Below are positions 10,153 through 19,442 of a stretch of DNA of 64,000 nt, piece after piece. The stretch is from the NCBI GenBank assembly GCA_050294405.1, contig JBNKOC010000012.1, positions 128,001 to 192,000 on the forward strand, in the 5' to 3' direction. The DNA is from Fibrobacteria bacterium (GTDB taxonomy: Bacteria; Fibrobacterota; Fibrobacteria; UBA11236; JADFYW01). The notes under the pieces are model-generated. The model did not search any database, had not been told where the DNA came from, and was given only the letters and a program-made list of their open reading frames with translations. Both the position numbers and the translations under genes were made by a program. Each line of letters opens with the position of its first letter. Position 1 is the stretch's first letter.

Positions 10153-11607
10153 ATGGCGCTTGTTTTTAAAAAAGCACGGCTGGCAGGGTTATTCATAGCT
10201 CTGTCGTTGTTCTTTGTTTCCTGTGCCACCAGAGCGCAAAAAAGATTTGAGCAATTGGGAAAAGCTACAGAATCTGGAAATTATGCCAAGGCCATAAACA
10301 CTGTTCAAAAGAAAAAGGATTTGTATGGGAAAACAAATCGCCTGCTTTGGTACATGGACATAGGTATTTTGTTTCATTACGATGAGAAATACGACTCCTC
10401 CAACATATATCTGGAACAAGCGCTCCAAACTTATGATGAGCTTTTTACTAAGTCCATAACTAATGAGGCGGCCTCTCTTATTACCAATGACAACATACGG
10501 CCTTATAGAAGCAAGCCTTATGAAATAATATTGGTGCACATGGTAAAGGCTCTGAATTATCAGGCTCTTGGAGATGCGGAGGCCGCATTGGTGGAAACCC
10601 GAAGAGCCCAGCTTTTGTTCAATGAATTTGACAGAAAATATAAGGATGGGGAGAAGTACCACAGTGATGGTATGTTCCATTATCTTTCTTATTTGAATTA
10701 CGATGCGATTGGCGAAACAGACAATGCTATGATTTCTCTTTTTAAAGCGGTGGAAGCTTATCAAAAAGGAGTTGTTTCCCTTCCCAACTATGTATCGGAC
10801 AATGCCGCCCGAATGCTGAAAATAAACGACCGGGAATCAGATGTGGAACTCTTAAAAATCGGCTCGGCGCAAGGTAAAAGTCCGTTGCCAAAAATCGATA
10901 ACGGACAAACAGAAATCATTTTTATTGGCAATGCGGGAAAAGGCCCTGTTTTGCAGGAAGAAGTTTGGTGGGGGACCTATGTGCGCGATGGGCTTTTAGT
11001 GGTGAACCATACTGGCCCAGATGGGAAAAATGAAACAATGTCATTGCCAGCACCTGGGCTTCCCCCAAAGGAAATAGAAAAGGCTCAAAAGGGGAAAAAA
11101 ACTTTGTCGGGCACTACTTTTCACATTAAGTTTTCCATGCCTCAATTGCAAATACGCCCCTCTCTTACGGAATATTTCACAGTCAACCACTCCTCTTTTT
11201 CTAAGCCCCAAAAATCCGTAGTGTTAAATAACTACGATAAACTGGCTCTGCAAAATATGGAGGACACTAAAAACGCCACCTTATTAAGGACTGTTATACG
11301 CGTGGTTTTGCGAACTATTTCCGCGCAAAAAACAAAAGGGGCTTTGACCACAAATAATCCCCTGGCTAATTTGGCGTTGAGTATTGGAACTGATATTATG
11401 GCTGACCAATTGGAAAAGGCGGATACCAGAAGCTGTTTTTTAATTCCAAAAACCATGCAAATGCTTCGAATCCCAGTAGAACCCGGGCTTCACAAAATTG
11501 AAGTTAAAGCCCATAGCAAATCGGGAGTTCTGAGCAGCAAAACCTTTGAAAATATCCAAGTTAAAAAAGGCCAAAAACGCTTTGTTTTTCTTTCTTCTAT
11601 CCGCTAA
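10153..11607 (+). CDS. COG3014-like TPR lipoprotein
   Basis: Lipobox FVSC; NDNIRPY..KPYE and EKADTRSC..IP motifs; a usual neighbour of LpoB-like genes. Confidence 0.78.
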   Translation: MALVFKKARLAGLFIALSLFFVSCATRAQKRFEQLGKATESGNYAKAINTVQKKKDLYGKTNRLLWYMDIGILFHYDEKYDSSNIYLEQALQTYDELFTKSITNEAASLITNDNIRPYRSKPYEIILVHMVKALNYQALGDAEAALVETRRAQLLFNEFDRKYKDGEKYHSDGMFHYLSYLNYDAIGETDNAMISLFKAVEAYQKGVVSLPNYVSDNAARMLKINDRESDVELLKIGSAQGKSPLPKIDNGQTEIIFIGNAGKGPVLQEEVWWGTYVRDGLLVVNHTGPDGKNETMSLPAPGLPPKEIEKAQKGKKTLSGTTFHIKFSMPQLQIRPSLTEYFTVNHSSFSKPQKSVVLNNYDKLALQNMEDTKNATLLRTVIRVVLRTISAQKTKGALTTNNPLANLALSIGTDIMADQLEKADTRSCFLIPKTMQMLRIPVEPGLHKIEVKAHSKSGVLSSKTFENIQVKKGQKRFVFLSSIR

Positions 11608-11703
11608 AGGCCAAAGTTTACTTCCGGTAAATGAGGGTTTTGGCGATTGAAAGAGCGATGTATAATGGCCTGGAAGCGTTTTTTGCAGATTCTCCAAAAA
11701 AAA

Positions 11704-11733
11704 TGAGCGGATTTTTTGGGCCAAAGCGTTCTA
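11704..11733 (+). promoter_or_regulatory. Candidate ECF promoter upstream of the sigma gene
   Basis: TGAGCG-N16 (T-tract)-GCGTTCTA; same architecture at 17264. Confidence 0.55.
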
Positions 11734-11746
11734 TATTTAACGGATT

Positions 11747-12244
11747 ATGAATAGTACCAGTCTCGAAAAGGCGATTGAGGAGGCCTATAAAGCCTATGCC
11801 TCATTAGTACACCGTCGTTGCTATGCTATTCTGAAATCCGAAGATGAAGCCTGGGACATCACCCAGGAGGTCTTTATGAAACTATGGAAACACTACAATA
11901 AAATTCAGGAAAAGGCGGCGCTTTTAAGCTGGCTGTATAGAGTTAGTACGAATCTGTGTATTAGTCGGTTGCGTAAAAAGTCAGCCATTGAGTTGGATCC
12001 CAACATACCTGACAGTAAAGCCGATTCCGGAGAAAAGCAACTTGTGCTAAAGGAAATAATGGAAAAACTGATGAAGCCTTGGAATGAAAAGGTTCGCCAG
12101 GCCGTGGTATATATATACATCGATGGGTATAACCAGGAAGAGTGTGCAAAACTAATGGGGGTGGGCGAATCCACCCTGCGCAGGTATCTTACCAAATTTA
12201 AAAGGCTTTCGAAAAATTTGGATATCGCGTATTTGGAGGGTTAG
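11747..12244 (+). CDS. ECF RNA polymerase sigma factor
   Basis: Region 2 EAWDITQEVFMKLW and WLYRVSTNLCI; region 4 HTH; 165 aa. Confidence 0.93.
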   Translation: MNSTSLEKAIEEAYKAYASLVHRRCYAILKSEDEAWDITQEVFMKLWKHYNKIQEKAALLSWLYRVSTNLCISRLRKKSAIELDPNIPDSKADSGEKQLVLKEIMEKLMKPWNEKVRQAVVYIYIDGYNQEECAKLMGVGESTLRRYLTKFKRLSKNLDIAYLEG

Positions 12245-12245
12245 G

Positions 12246-13025
12246 ATGAATTGCAAAAATGCTCAAAAATTAAAAATTGAACGCTGGCTTTCCGGAGAAA
12301 TCCAGGGAGAAGCATACATAGAATTTTCGGAACATTTGGATCACTGTGAAGCCTGTCAGGCTTATCGCGTAGAATTGGAACGGGAAAAACAGGACTTTTT
12401 ATTAAAACACTCCTTTGCTTCATTCACCAAAAACAATCCGGAATTTTTAAACAAGCAAAAAACCAGGGAGTGGAGCTGGAAACATTGGGCAGTGCCTGTG
12501 GCCGCCAGTATTGTGGTAGCTTTGTTTTTATTGCCTACCCGCGTAGAAATTGAAAAACAAAATACACCGGATATTATATACAAGGGAAAAGAAAACTTAA
12601 GCTTGGTAGTTCGCCGAGGGGCGGATATTTTTCCAGCGGGTGATAAATATCATTTTCAGGGGGGAGATGAAGTCCAGTTTATGGTTCCAAAATCCTATTT
12701 GAAATACCGATATCAGATGATGTTAAGTTTGGATAGTCTTGGTGTGCTCTCTCAATACCCGCCCGACTTTGAAAGACTCTCGGACATAATGGATAGTTCC
12801 AGCTCCAGCTATCCCTTTCCCCAAACAATGATACTGGATGATGCCCCTGGCTTTGAAATTGCATTTTTACTTTTTTCCGACAGTGCAATTAGTCTGGATA
12901 CATGGGTATCTGGAATTATGGATGTATTTAACAACAATAAAGACCCCCAGGTTATTCAAGAAAAGGTTAAGTCCCTGGTGGACGAGGAGCATCTGAAATT
13001 GCTGACTGTAGCTTTGGATAAATAA
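12246..13025 (+). CDS. Zinc-finger (zf-HC2) transmembrane anti-sigma factor with periplasmic DUF4384-like domain
   Basis: HLDHCEAC motif, one TM (WAVPVAASIVVALFLL), directly follows the ECF gene. Confidence 0.82.
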   Translation: MNCKNAQKLKIERWLSGEIQGEAYIEFSEHLDHCEACQAYRVELEREKQDFLLKHSFASFTKNNPEFLNKQKTREWSWKHWAVPVAASIVVALFLLPTRVEIEKQNTPDIIYKGKENLSLVVRRGADIFPAGDKYHFQGGDEVQFMVPKSYLKYRYQMMLSLDSLGVLSQYPPDFERLSDIMDSSSSSYPFPQTMILDDAPGFEIAFLLFSDSAISLDTWVSGIMDVFNNNKDPQVIQEKVKSLVDEEHLKLLTVALDK

Positions 13026-14558
13026 TTGATGTTTATTAAGCATATATTCATAAGTTTTTTGCTTGGACTGGCATCCCTTTCTATGGCGAATAAATATGCC
13101 TTGGTGGTGGGCCATAATCTGGGAAATGAAGATACCACTCCATTGCGGTACGGCCAAGCCGATGCCAGCCGTTTTGCCCAAGTTTTGCAGGAGTTAGCAG
13201 GTTTTCTAAAGGACGATATTCACCTGCTTTTAGCTCCCACTCCCAAGCAGTTGAAAGAGAAGCTAACTCAGCTGAAAACACAAATTGCGAAAACAAATTC
13301 CGACGAGGCAGATATGTTTTTGCTTTATTATTCGGGACATGCCGATGGAAACGGACTTCAACTCAGCTCGGAATCCTATTCCTTTGAATTGTTAAAATCC
13401 GAATTAAATAACATACCCACAAAGGTAAGAATTGGAATTTTTGATGCCTGCCAAAGTGGGGTGTTGACTCGTTCTAAAGGAGCTAAAGCCGGGCGTCCTT
13501 TTTATTTAGAAAACCAGGACCCTGTGGAAGGTACGATTCTGATTGCGTCAAGCTCGGCCTCGGAGCAGGCTCAGGAATCAGAATCGCTTAAAAGCTCCAT
13601 ATTTTCTCACCATTGGTTAAATGGGCTCCGGGGAAGTGCTGATTTTAGCGAAGATGGGGCCGTTACATTATCTGAAGCCTATCAGTATGCCTATAGAAAA
13701 ACAGTGGAAACCACAGCCCTTTTGGGAGGAAAAATACAGCACCCCACTTACGAATTTAAAATCCAGGGTCGTGGAGAAATTATCCTAACGCAAATGAATA
13801 AGGCCCCTCAGGGGGTTATGTTAACAGAGCCCATGGAAGGGGCCCATCTTTTACTTAGCCAGGATTATTCAGATATTCTAGCTGACTTTCATAAGAAACA
13901 GGGCAGTAATATGTTTATTCCTCTAAAAGAAGGGGATTATGTATTGATTCAATCTGATGGCAGCCAAGCCAAGTTTTATCAATTTACTTTGGGGCCCAAA
14001 GAAAAAAAGAATATCTATAATGAAAATTTAAAGTTAAGTCCCTCCGATTGGACCCGCCTTAAAGGCAGCCGTCCCGAATTAGAGCAAAAAATTGAAAAAA
14101 TCGGAAAGCCTCTTTCCCGCTGGAGTGTGGGAGGGGCCTTGGGAACATCTGGAATTGTTAACCAAGAGGAACTATCTGAAAAATTGAATCTTCATTTTCA
14201 GGCTGCGGGCGGGTATTATGTGAATAAGGAGTTTGATGTGAAGGCATGGCTCGATTATTTATATCCCGAAAATAAAATGAGATTTATATGGGGTTTATCC
14301 ACTGGCTATGACAACTTCTATTTTGATTTGGGGCTTGGCTTGGGTTTTTTTACCAAAAATTTTGGAGACAAAAATAAAATTTTTCCCGGTATCGCCACGG
14401 CTTTGGGTTACACAATTTCTCTTAACTCGTCTTTTGATCTGAATCTGGGACTGACTTCAAACTTAGATCTCCGTGACGAAATTGCCGTAGCTGTTGGCGT
14501 ACAAGTAAACTTAATGTACTTAGGTAAATTCAGAAATATTTACACATTAGCTTACTGA
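13026..14558 (+). CDS. Exported caspase-family (peptidase C14) protein with C-terminal beta-barrel-like domain
   Basis: Signal peptide; KYALVVG, YYSGH(105) and FDAC(142)QSG catalytic dyad; QHP motif; amphipathic-strand C-terminus. Confidence 0.88.
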   Translation: MMFIKHIFISFLLGLASLSMANKYALVVGHNLGNEDTTPLRYGQADASRFAQVLQELAGFLKDDIHLLLAPTPKQLKEKLTQLKTQIAKTNSDEADMFLLYYSGHADGNGLQLSSESYSFELLKSELNNIPTKVRIGIFDACQSGVLTRSKGAKAGRPFYLENQDPVEGTILIASSSASEQAQESESLKSSIFSHHWLNGLRGSADFSEDGAVTLSEAYQYAYRKTVETTALLGGKIQHPTYEFKIQGRGEIILTQMNKAPQGVMLTEPMEGAHLLLSQDYSDILADFHKKQGSNMFIPLKEGDYVLIQSDGSQAKFYQFTLGPKEKKNIYNENLKLSPSDWTRLKGSRPELEQKIEKIGKPLSRWSVGGALGTSGIVNQEELSEKLNLHFQAAGGYYVNKEFDVKAWLDYLYPENKMRFIWGLSTGYDNFYFDLGLGLGFFTKNFGDKNKIFPGIATALGYTISLNSSFDLNLGLTSNLDLRDEIAVAVGVQVNLMYLGKFRNIYTLAY

Positions 14559-14579
14559 TATTGTCAGCAATGAAATCTT

Positions 14580-14831
14580 TTATGTATCTGACTTCACTGT
14601 AACCAAAATAGCTTCGTTCTGGTATTCTACTTTTTGTCCCGGCCTGATTTTACATCGTTTTCTGGTTTCGATTGTTCCGTCTAACTTTACCATTTGGTTT
14701 TCGATAATTTGCTTGGCTTGTCCACCGGTGCGACACCAGCCACAGGCTTTAAGGAGTTTGCAAAGCTCTATGTATTCAGTATTTAACTCGAATTTTTCCA
14801 TGGAACGAAGGAAAATAGCATTTTTGAACAC
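14580..14831 (-). CDS. S4-domain RNA-binding protein (YbcJ/YaaA-like)
   Basis: YIELCKLLK..G...TGGQAK and ETRKRCKI motifs; true start probably the second Met (MEKFEL). Confidence 0.85.
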   Translation of the reverse strand: MFKNAIFLRSMEKFELNTEYIELCKLLKACGWCRTGGQAKQIIENQMVKLDGTIETRKRCKIRPGQKVEYQNEAILVTVKSDT

Positions 14832-14935
14832 AATTCTGGTCCTGGATATTTAAAAAGCTGTTCATTTTTCCCCGATTTCTTCTAAATGGAATTATTCTTT
14901 ATTTTAGCACTGTTAAATTGTAGAATGGTAAAACT

Positions 14936-16090
14936 ATGCGTAATAAATCGGGAAAAATAATAGCGGCTATTTTAGTATTGCTTTTAACTGCTTCCACTTA
15001 TTCTCAGGAAGAGGATAAGGATTTACAGGAGCAGCTTTTAACTATCGGGGCAGATGCCGCGCCAAGATATATGTTGCCCTTTATGGAAATTATTGGCACA
15101 GGCTTAAACAATGGATGGTACAAATCATCCAAAAAAATAAGCATGTTTGGTTTGCCAGTGGGCATTAGTGCGGCCTCTTTTGCATTGACAGGGGGGAAAG
15201 TTACAGAATCCATGAAAACCTTCGATTTTTCTGGGTCTTTGTACATTCGGGGTATTGTGGAAAGCCAGATAGAAGAAGAGTTCGCTTTTTTATCCCAGGA
15301 CATGAAGGACAGCATTTTAGAAGCCTTTCCCGAAACTGTGGAATTCGAAAAAAATAACGTACCCACCATTTTCGGGGCCACTGAGCCTGAGTCCCTAACC
15401 ATTGCAGAACTACTGGAAGAATACCCTGAGGCCTATGAAACCATAGAACAGATAAATCCCGAATTGGCTGCATCGGGGCTTCCCCTACCCTTTATAGGCA
15501 TTATTCCCACAGATTATTGGGCTGCCTTACCTAACATTAATTTTATCACGGTAGGTTTAACCAAACTGCCAATTATAGATAACATTCAAATTGGACTAAG
15601 TTATATTCCAGAGTTTGAAGATGAAGTGGAGCATTTGGGAACTGTTAAATTCAATTATTTAAGTTATAAAATCCAGCATGAATTTACTCCGTTCTTGCCA
15701 GTATTGAACAAGTTTGGTTTCTTACACACATCCTGGTTTTTCGCATCCAATAACATCAGCCTTGATGTGGATAATGTACTAATGGATTTGAACTGCTGGA
15801 ATGCTATGTTGCATACCTCCGTGGACTTCAAGTTTTTATTGGTTTTAGGAATTGGTGCCTATGTTGGTGCTGGTTTCGAAAGCAATTCCATGGATATTGA
15901 AGTGAAAAAGCTATCAGGGCTTCCTGGATTGCCAGGCTTTAAATTGAGTATGGAACCCAAAAGAAGCCCCAAAACCCAAATAGGGGCCCGGCTTTCCGTA
16001 CTAAATTTTGATGTGTGGGGAGAATACAATATAGGGGATTTAAATTCCTATACAATTGGGGTTACCCTGCTTTCCCTGGATGGCCTGTAA
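14936..16090 (+). CDS. Exported / outer-membrane protein (DUF6588-like)
   Basis: Signal peptide; YMLPF...GLNNGWY and PTIFG motifs; beta-strand-rich C-terminus. Confidence 0.6.
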   Translation: MRNKSGKIIAAILVLLLTASTYSQEEDKDLQEQLLTIGADAAPRYMLPFMEIIGTGLNNGWYKSSKKISMFGLPVGISAASFALTGGKVTESMKTFDFSGSLYIRGIVESQIEEEFAFLSQDMKDSILEAFPETVEFEKNNVPTIFGATEPESLTIAELLEEYPEAYETIEQINPELAASGLPLPFIGIIPTDYWAALPNINFITVGLTKLPIIDNIQIGLSYIPEFEDEVEHLGTVKFNYLSYKIQHEFTPFLPVLNKFGFLHTSWFFASNNISLDVDNVLMDLNCWNAMLHTSVDFKFLLVLGIGAYVGAGFESNSMDIEVKKLSGLPGLPGFKLSMEPKRSPKTQIGARLSVLNFDVWGEYNIGDLNSYTIGVTLLSLDGL

Positions 16091-16226
16091 CTCATAATTG
16101 TTGACCTGCATAGGCCAGTTTTTAGCCTTTATTTTTAAAAATTTGAGAATAGTTTGAGCTTTTTTAGGGCGTACAATTCAAAAATTCCATTTTATGAATT
16201 GAAAAAAGATTAAATCTGGCTATGTT

Positions 16227-16688
16227 TTGAGTATGCTCAGGCTATGTTTAACAACCTTTTGCGCCCTCATTTTCATGAGCTATGGAGCCGAGGAGGTTAC
16301 TCCCGCTTATGAAATTCGGGATGATGGCATATTTCTATTCCTGAAAATCAGCAACGAGCAAGAACACGATAAAACAATTCGATACGACAAGAATTCCGTA
16401 ATTTCCTTTTCCTTAAAATGCAAAGAGAAAGATGTGGCTGGCATACATTACACCCAGCCCAATCTTGATTGCGAAGAATATCACAATAATCCTTCAAGCT
16501 TTGAAAACTATAGTGATGCTCAATTAAAAAAAGTTGAAAAAATTTGCGGGGGAAAATTAGCTAATCAAGATGTTATTCCTTCTAAATCCACAAAAAATAT
16601 TTTTATACAACGGCTCCGATATAAAGCAAATTATTGCGATTCCCTAAAAGTGGATTTGGATCTTAATTATAGCAAAGTGGAATATTGA
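16227..16688 (+). CDS. Hypothetical exported protein
   Basis: Signal peptide, several Cys; no known motif. Confidence 0.55.
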   Translation: MSMLRLCLTTFCALIFMSYGAEEVTPAYEIRDDGIFLFLKISNEQEHDKTIRYDKNSVISFSLKCKEKDVAGIHYTQPNLDCEEYHNNPSSFENYSDAQLKKVEKICGGKLANQDVIPSKSTKNIFIQRLRYKANYCDSLKVDLDLNYSKVEY

Positions 16689-16719
16689 ATTTTTGCCTTA
16701 AAGGGCTTTAAATAATTCG

Positions 16720-17163
16720 CTAACAAACTACCGCCTCAGAAAAAACTTTTTTTTCTGAAAAGTCAGATAAAAATACGGGTTGGCTTAACTCACCCTCGGT
16801 AATTTTTAAAATACTCTCAAAAAGCTGCGGGAATTTTGGACAGCTGTGCATGGCCAGACAGTCCAAAACCCGCAGCTGGGTGGTTGCGCGATTAATAATT
16901 GCGGCGCCCCTATTAATGGGCAAACGACCGATACCACCCAATTCAAGCTTCTTTCCAAATTTATAGCTTAAAATAAACGCATCTTCCAAAATTATTTGAA
17001 AAGAATCCAGTTGGAAATTTTCATCAATCCATACATATAAATCAATTTCGTTCCCTTCCAATAACATCCGTTTAAGGCTTGGTTGGTAGGGAAAACAATA
17101 AAGCTCAGGAAAAAATTTCAGCTCGTTTTTTGATTCCAGTTTTTCCTTATTGTTCGTGTTCAT
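16720..17163 (-). CDS. Hypothetical protein
   Basis: 147-aa ORF filling the gap; DLYVW..FQI motif of unknown family. Confidence 0.55.
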   Translation of the reverse strand: MNTNNKEKLESKNELKFFPELYCFPYQPSLKRMLLEGNEIDLYVWIDENFQLDSFQIILEDAFILSYKFGKKLELGGIGRLPINRGAAIINRATTQLRVLDCLAMHSCPKFPQLFESILKITEGELSQPVFLSDFSEKKVFSEAVVC

Positions 17164-17263
17164 ATTAATGAATCTATAAAACTCCTGATTAAAATTTCGT
17201 GATCTCTATCACAGCAAAAGAGAGGTTTGAGCGAGATCACATTTTTATTTCCCTGCAAAACAG

Positions 17264-17293
17264 TGAGCGTTTTTTAAGCTAGCTAGCGTCTTA
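17264..17293 (+). promoter_or_regulatory. Candidate ECF promoter upstream of the second barrel/LpoB-like operon
   Basis: TGAGCG-N16 (T-tract)-GCGTCTTA, matching 11704..11733. Confidence 0.55.
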
Positions 17294-17333
17294 AGATCAG
17301 AATAAAAACAAACGGCTAAAAAGTGAGGAAATT

Positions 17334-17882
17334 ATGAAAAAATGGCTGATTTTAATGTTGGGCCTTTGCCTTGAAAGCCTAATGGCTAACCCAAAAACAG
17401 CCTATAACCCCCTTTCTGTGTATCGGGGCGGCGTATTATTTGGATCTGTATACTCCCTTAACCCGGAATTAAGAGACTATTCCGAGCAATTTTTAAAACT
17501 CAATTTTGATAACCGAATCAGCGTTTCCCCCCAGGTAGACGTGGTGGCTGATGTTAATTGGCATTTGCCGGGTAACAACTTCGGATTTGATTTGGGTGCT
17601 GATTTTTATCTGTTCCAGGGAAGCTTTAAACCTTTTATGGGGTTTGGGGTAGGTGCTCAATATTTTGACAAATACCAGGATTTTGGAGAAAATATTGGAG
17701 CTTTGGTTACCGCCAGACTTGGGATGTTTATGGAAATAGGAGATAGACTGAGCGTATTGATTCAGGTTCCTTACTCCATAACCACAAATGTAGATAGGGA
17801 TAATAGCGTTGGATTGCAAATAGGTTTTGTTTTTTCAGATGGTCTGCGCCATGTTCAAAAAATTAGTTGGAAAGATTTGTAA
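17334..17882 (+). CDS. Small outer-membrane beta-barrel-like protein, copy 2
   Basis: PLSVYRGG..ELRDYSEQFLK versus PLSIYEGG..ELRDQSEQFLK in copy 1; signal peptide. Confidence 0.72.
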   Translation: MKKWLILMLGLCLESLMANPKTAYNPLSVYRGGVLFGSVYSLNPELRDYSEQFLKLNFDNRISVSPQVDVVADVNWHLPGNNFGFDLGADFYLFQGSFKPFMGFGVGAQYFDKYQDFGENIGALVTARLGMFMEIGDRLSVLIQVPYSITTNVDRDNSVGLQIGFVFSDGLRHVQKISWKDL

Positions 17883-17897
17883 TTAAGGAGCAAGATT

Positions 17898-18434
17898 ATG
17901 TTTACAAGAAAAATAATTTTAATTGGTGCGTTTGTTTGCGGCCTCTTTGCTTCTGAAAAAGAAGACAAAAGAATAACCATAGTGCGGGCCAATGCTGTTT
18001 CCTCGCAAAACGACAGCATTCAATCCCGCTTATTGGAAGAATGTATAGAAATGGTTCCCACTCTTTCAGGCTTAAGCCCCAGTGTGGAAAAAGCCCCTAT
18101 ATATTTAAAAGAAGTGAATGGGCACAAGGAGGAAAATGGATTTTGGGATACTTATTCTGCTGTTTTGAACTTGAGCTATAAAGTTAAGCAAAAAGAGCTG
18201 TTAGTGGTCCCTGGGTCTAAAATAATAGATGGCGAACCTCAGCTTAAGGTTTTAGAAAAGAGCTTGATGAAAAATAAAAAATTCAGTTCCCGTTCTGGAA
18301 ATGGGGACATCTTTGCAGGCAGGTCCAAACGCAAATATTATTTTTCCACAGAAGATGGAGCTGTTTATGATGTTATGTTACAAGCCGAAAATTGGTTGAA
18401 AAGTCAAAATGCAGTACTGTGCAATAAGAGGTGA
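17898..18434 (+). CDS. Exported hypothetical protein, copy 2
   Basis: Paralog of 8716..9261; AAGGAG SD. Confidence 0.72.
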   Translation: MFTRKIILIGAFVCGLFASEKEDKRITIVRANAVSSQNDSIQSRLLEECIEMVPTLSGLSPSVEKAPIYLKEVNGHKEENGFWDTYSAVLNLSYKVKQKELLVVPGSKIIDGEPQLKVLEKSLMKNKKFSSRSGNGDIFAGRSKRKYYFSTEDGAVYDVMLQAENWLKSQNAVLCNKR

Positions 18435-18437
18435 ATT

Positions 18438-19019
18438 ATGTTAAACGCCATTTTTAAATTTTTCTTTTTAGCTTTAATTGCCATTTCGCTTAACCATTGT
18501 GGCAAGAAAGTAAGCCGCGTGGAAACGGATTCCACCATTGATTTATCCGGAAAATGGAATGATGCCGATTCCAGGATGGTAGCCGAAGCCATGGTGGAGG
18601 ATTGTCTGTCAAAACCCTGGCTCTATCCCTTTCAGCAAAACAAACAAAATCCCAGGGTAATTATTGGGCAAATAAGAAATAAAAGTCATGAACATATTTC
18701 TGTTGAAACCTTTGTAAGGGATATGGAAAGAGCTTTGCTCAATTCTGGAAAAGTGGATTTTGTAGCTGGAAAAATAGAACGGCAGCAACTGAGGGGTGAA
18801 GTAAATGATATGCAATCCAATGCCTCAGCTCAAACAGCAAAGTCGAGGGGAGAAGAGCTGGGAGCTCAGTTGATGTTAATTGGAACTTTAAACGCGATTA
18901 CAGATAAAGAAGGAAAAAATTCGGTAGTATTTTATCAGGTAAATATGGAGTTAATCGAATTAGAAAGCAATTCCAAAAAATGGACAGGTGAAAAGAAGAT
19001 TAAAAAATATATCCAATAA
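18438..19019 (+). CDS. LpoB/CsgG-like lipoprotein, copy 2
   Basis: CGKKVSRV..DSTIDLSG.WND and further long blocks shared with 9490..10089. Confidence 0.8.
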   Translation: MLNAIFKFFFLALIAISLNHCGKKVSRVETDSTIDLSGKWNDADSRMVAEAMVEDCLSKPWLYPFQQNKQNPRVIIGQIRNKSHEHISVETFVRDMERALLNSGKVDFVAGKIERQQLRGEVNDMQSNASAQTAKSRGEELGAQLMLIGTLNAITDKEGKNSVVFYQVNMELIELESNSKKWTGEKKIKKYIQ

Positions 19020-19035
19020 TTTAGATGTATTATGC

Positions 19036-19413
19036 CTATTCGTCTGAGGAAGAAGATATCCAGTTTTCAGCTTCAGCAACATCAAAAAATACTTTTGAAG
19101 GAATACCAATATTGTTAGTCACATTTTCATAAAATTCCAAAGTGTCCTTTGGAATTTTTTTTGATACTAAAAACGCGACTTTTTCAGAACGGGGAAGGTT
19201 TAATTCATCCAGATGGCGGGGGAGATAAAAAAGCTCGGACACAGACATTTGCAACTTAGCAAAGCGAATATCATAAATAATGGGGTAGCCCATATCCTGG
19301 GCTAAATGTCGCCCTTCTTTCCCAATGCTTTGAGAAAAATCAAAATTTAAGTCGCCAGAAATTTCAAGGCGAATAAATTTGCGTTCGTGATCAATATGTG
19401 GTTTTATTTCCAT
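19036..19413 (-). CDS. Hypothetical protein, STAS/SEC14 (SpoIIAA-like)
   Basis: IIYDIR, KVAFLV and FYENV..N.G...KVFFDVAEAENWI patterns. Confidence 0.65.
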   Translation of the reverse strand: MEIKPHIDHERKFIRLEISGDLNFDFSQSIGKEGRHLAQDMGYPIIYDIRFAKLQMSVSELFYLPRHLDELNLPRSEKVAFLVSKKIPKDTLEFYENVTNNIGIPSKVFFDVAEAENWISSSSDE

Positions 19414-19442
19414 TTTTAATAATTAAACAGGAAGTTTAGATA

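Noticed and set aside
14904..14931. CIRCE-like TTAGCACTG-N10-GAATGGTAA before the 14936 gene
   Set aside because: Three mismatches and a 10-nt instead of 9-nt spacer; likely chance or overlap with a -10 element
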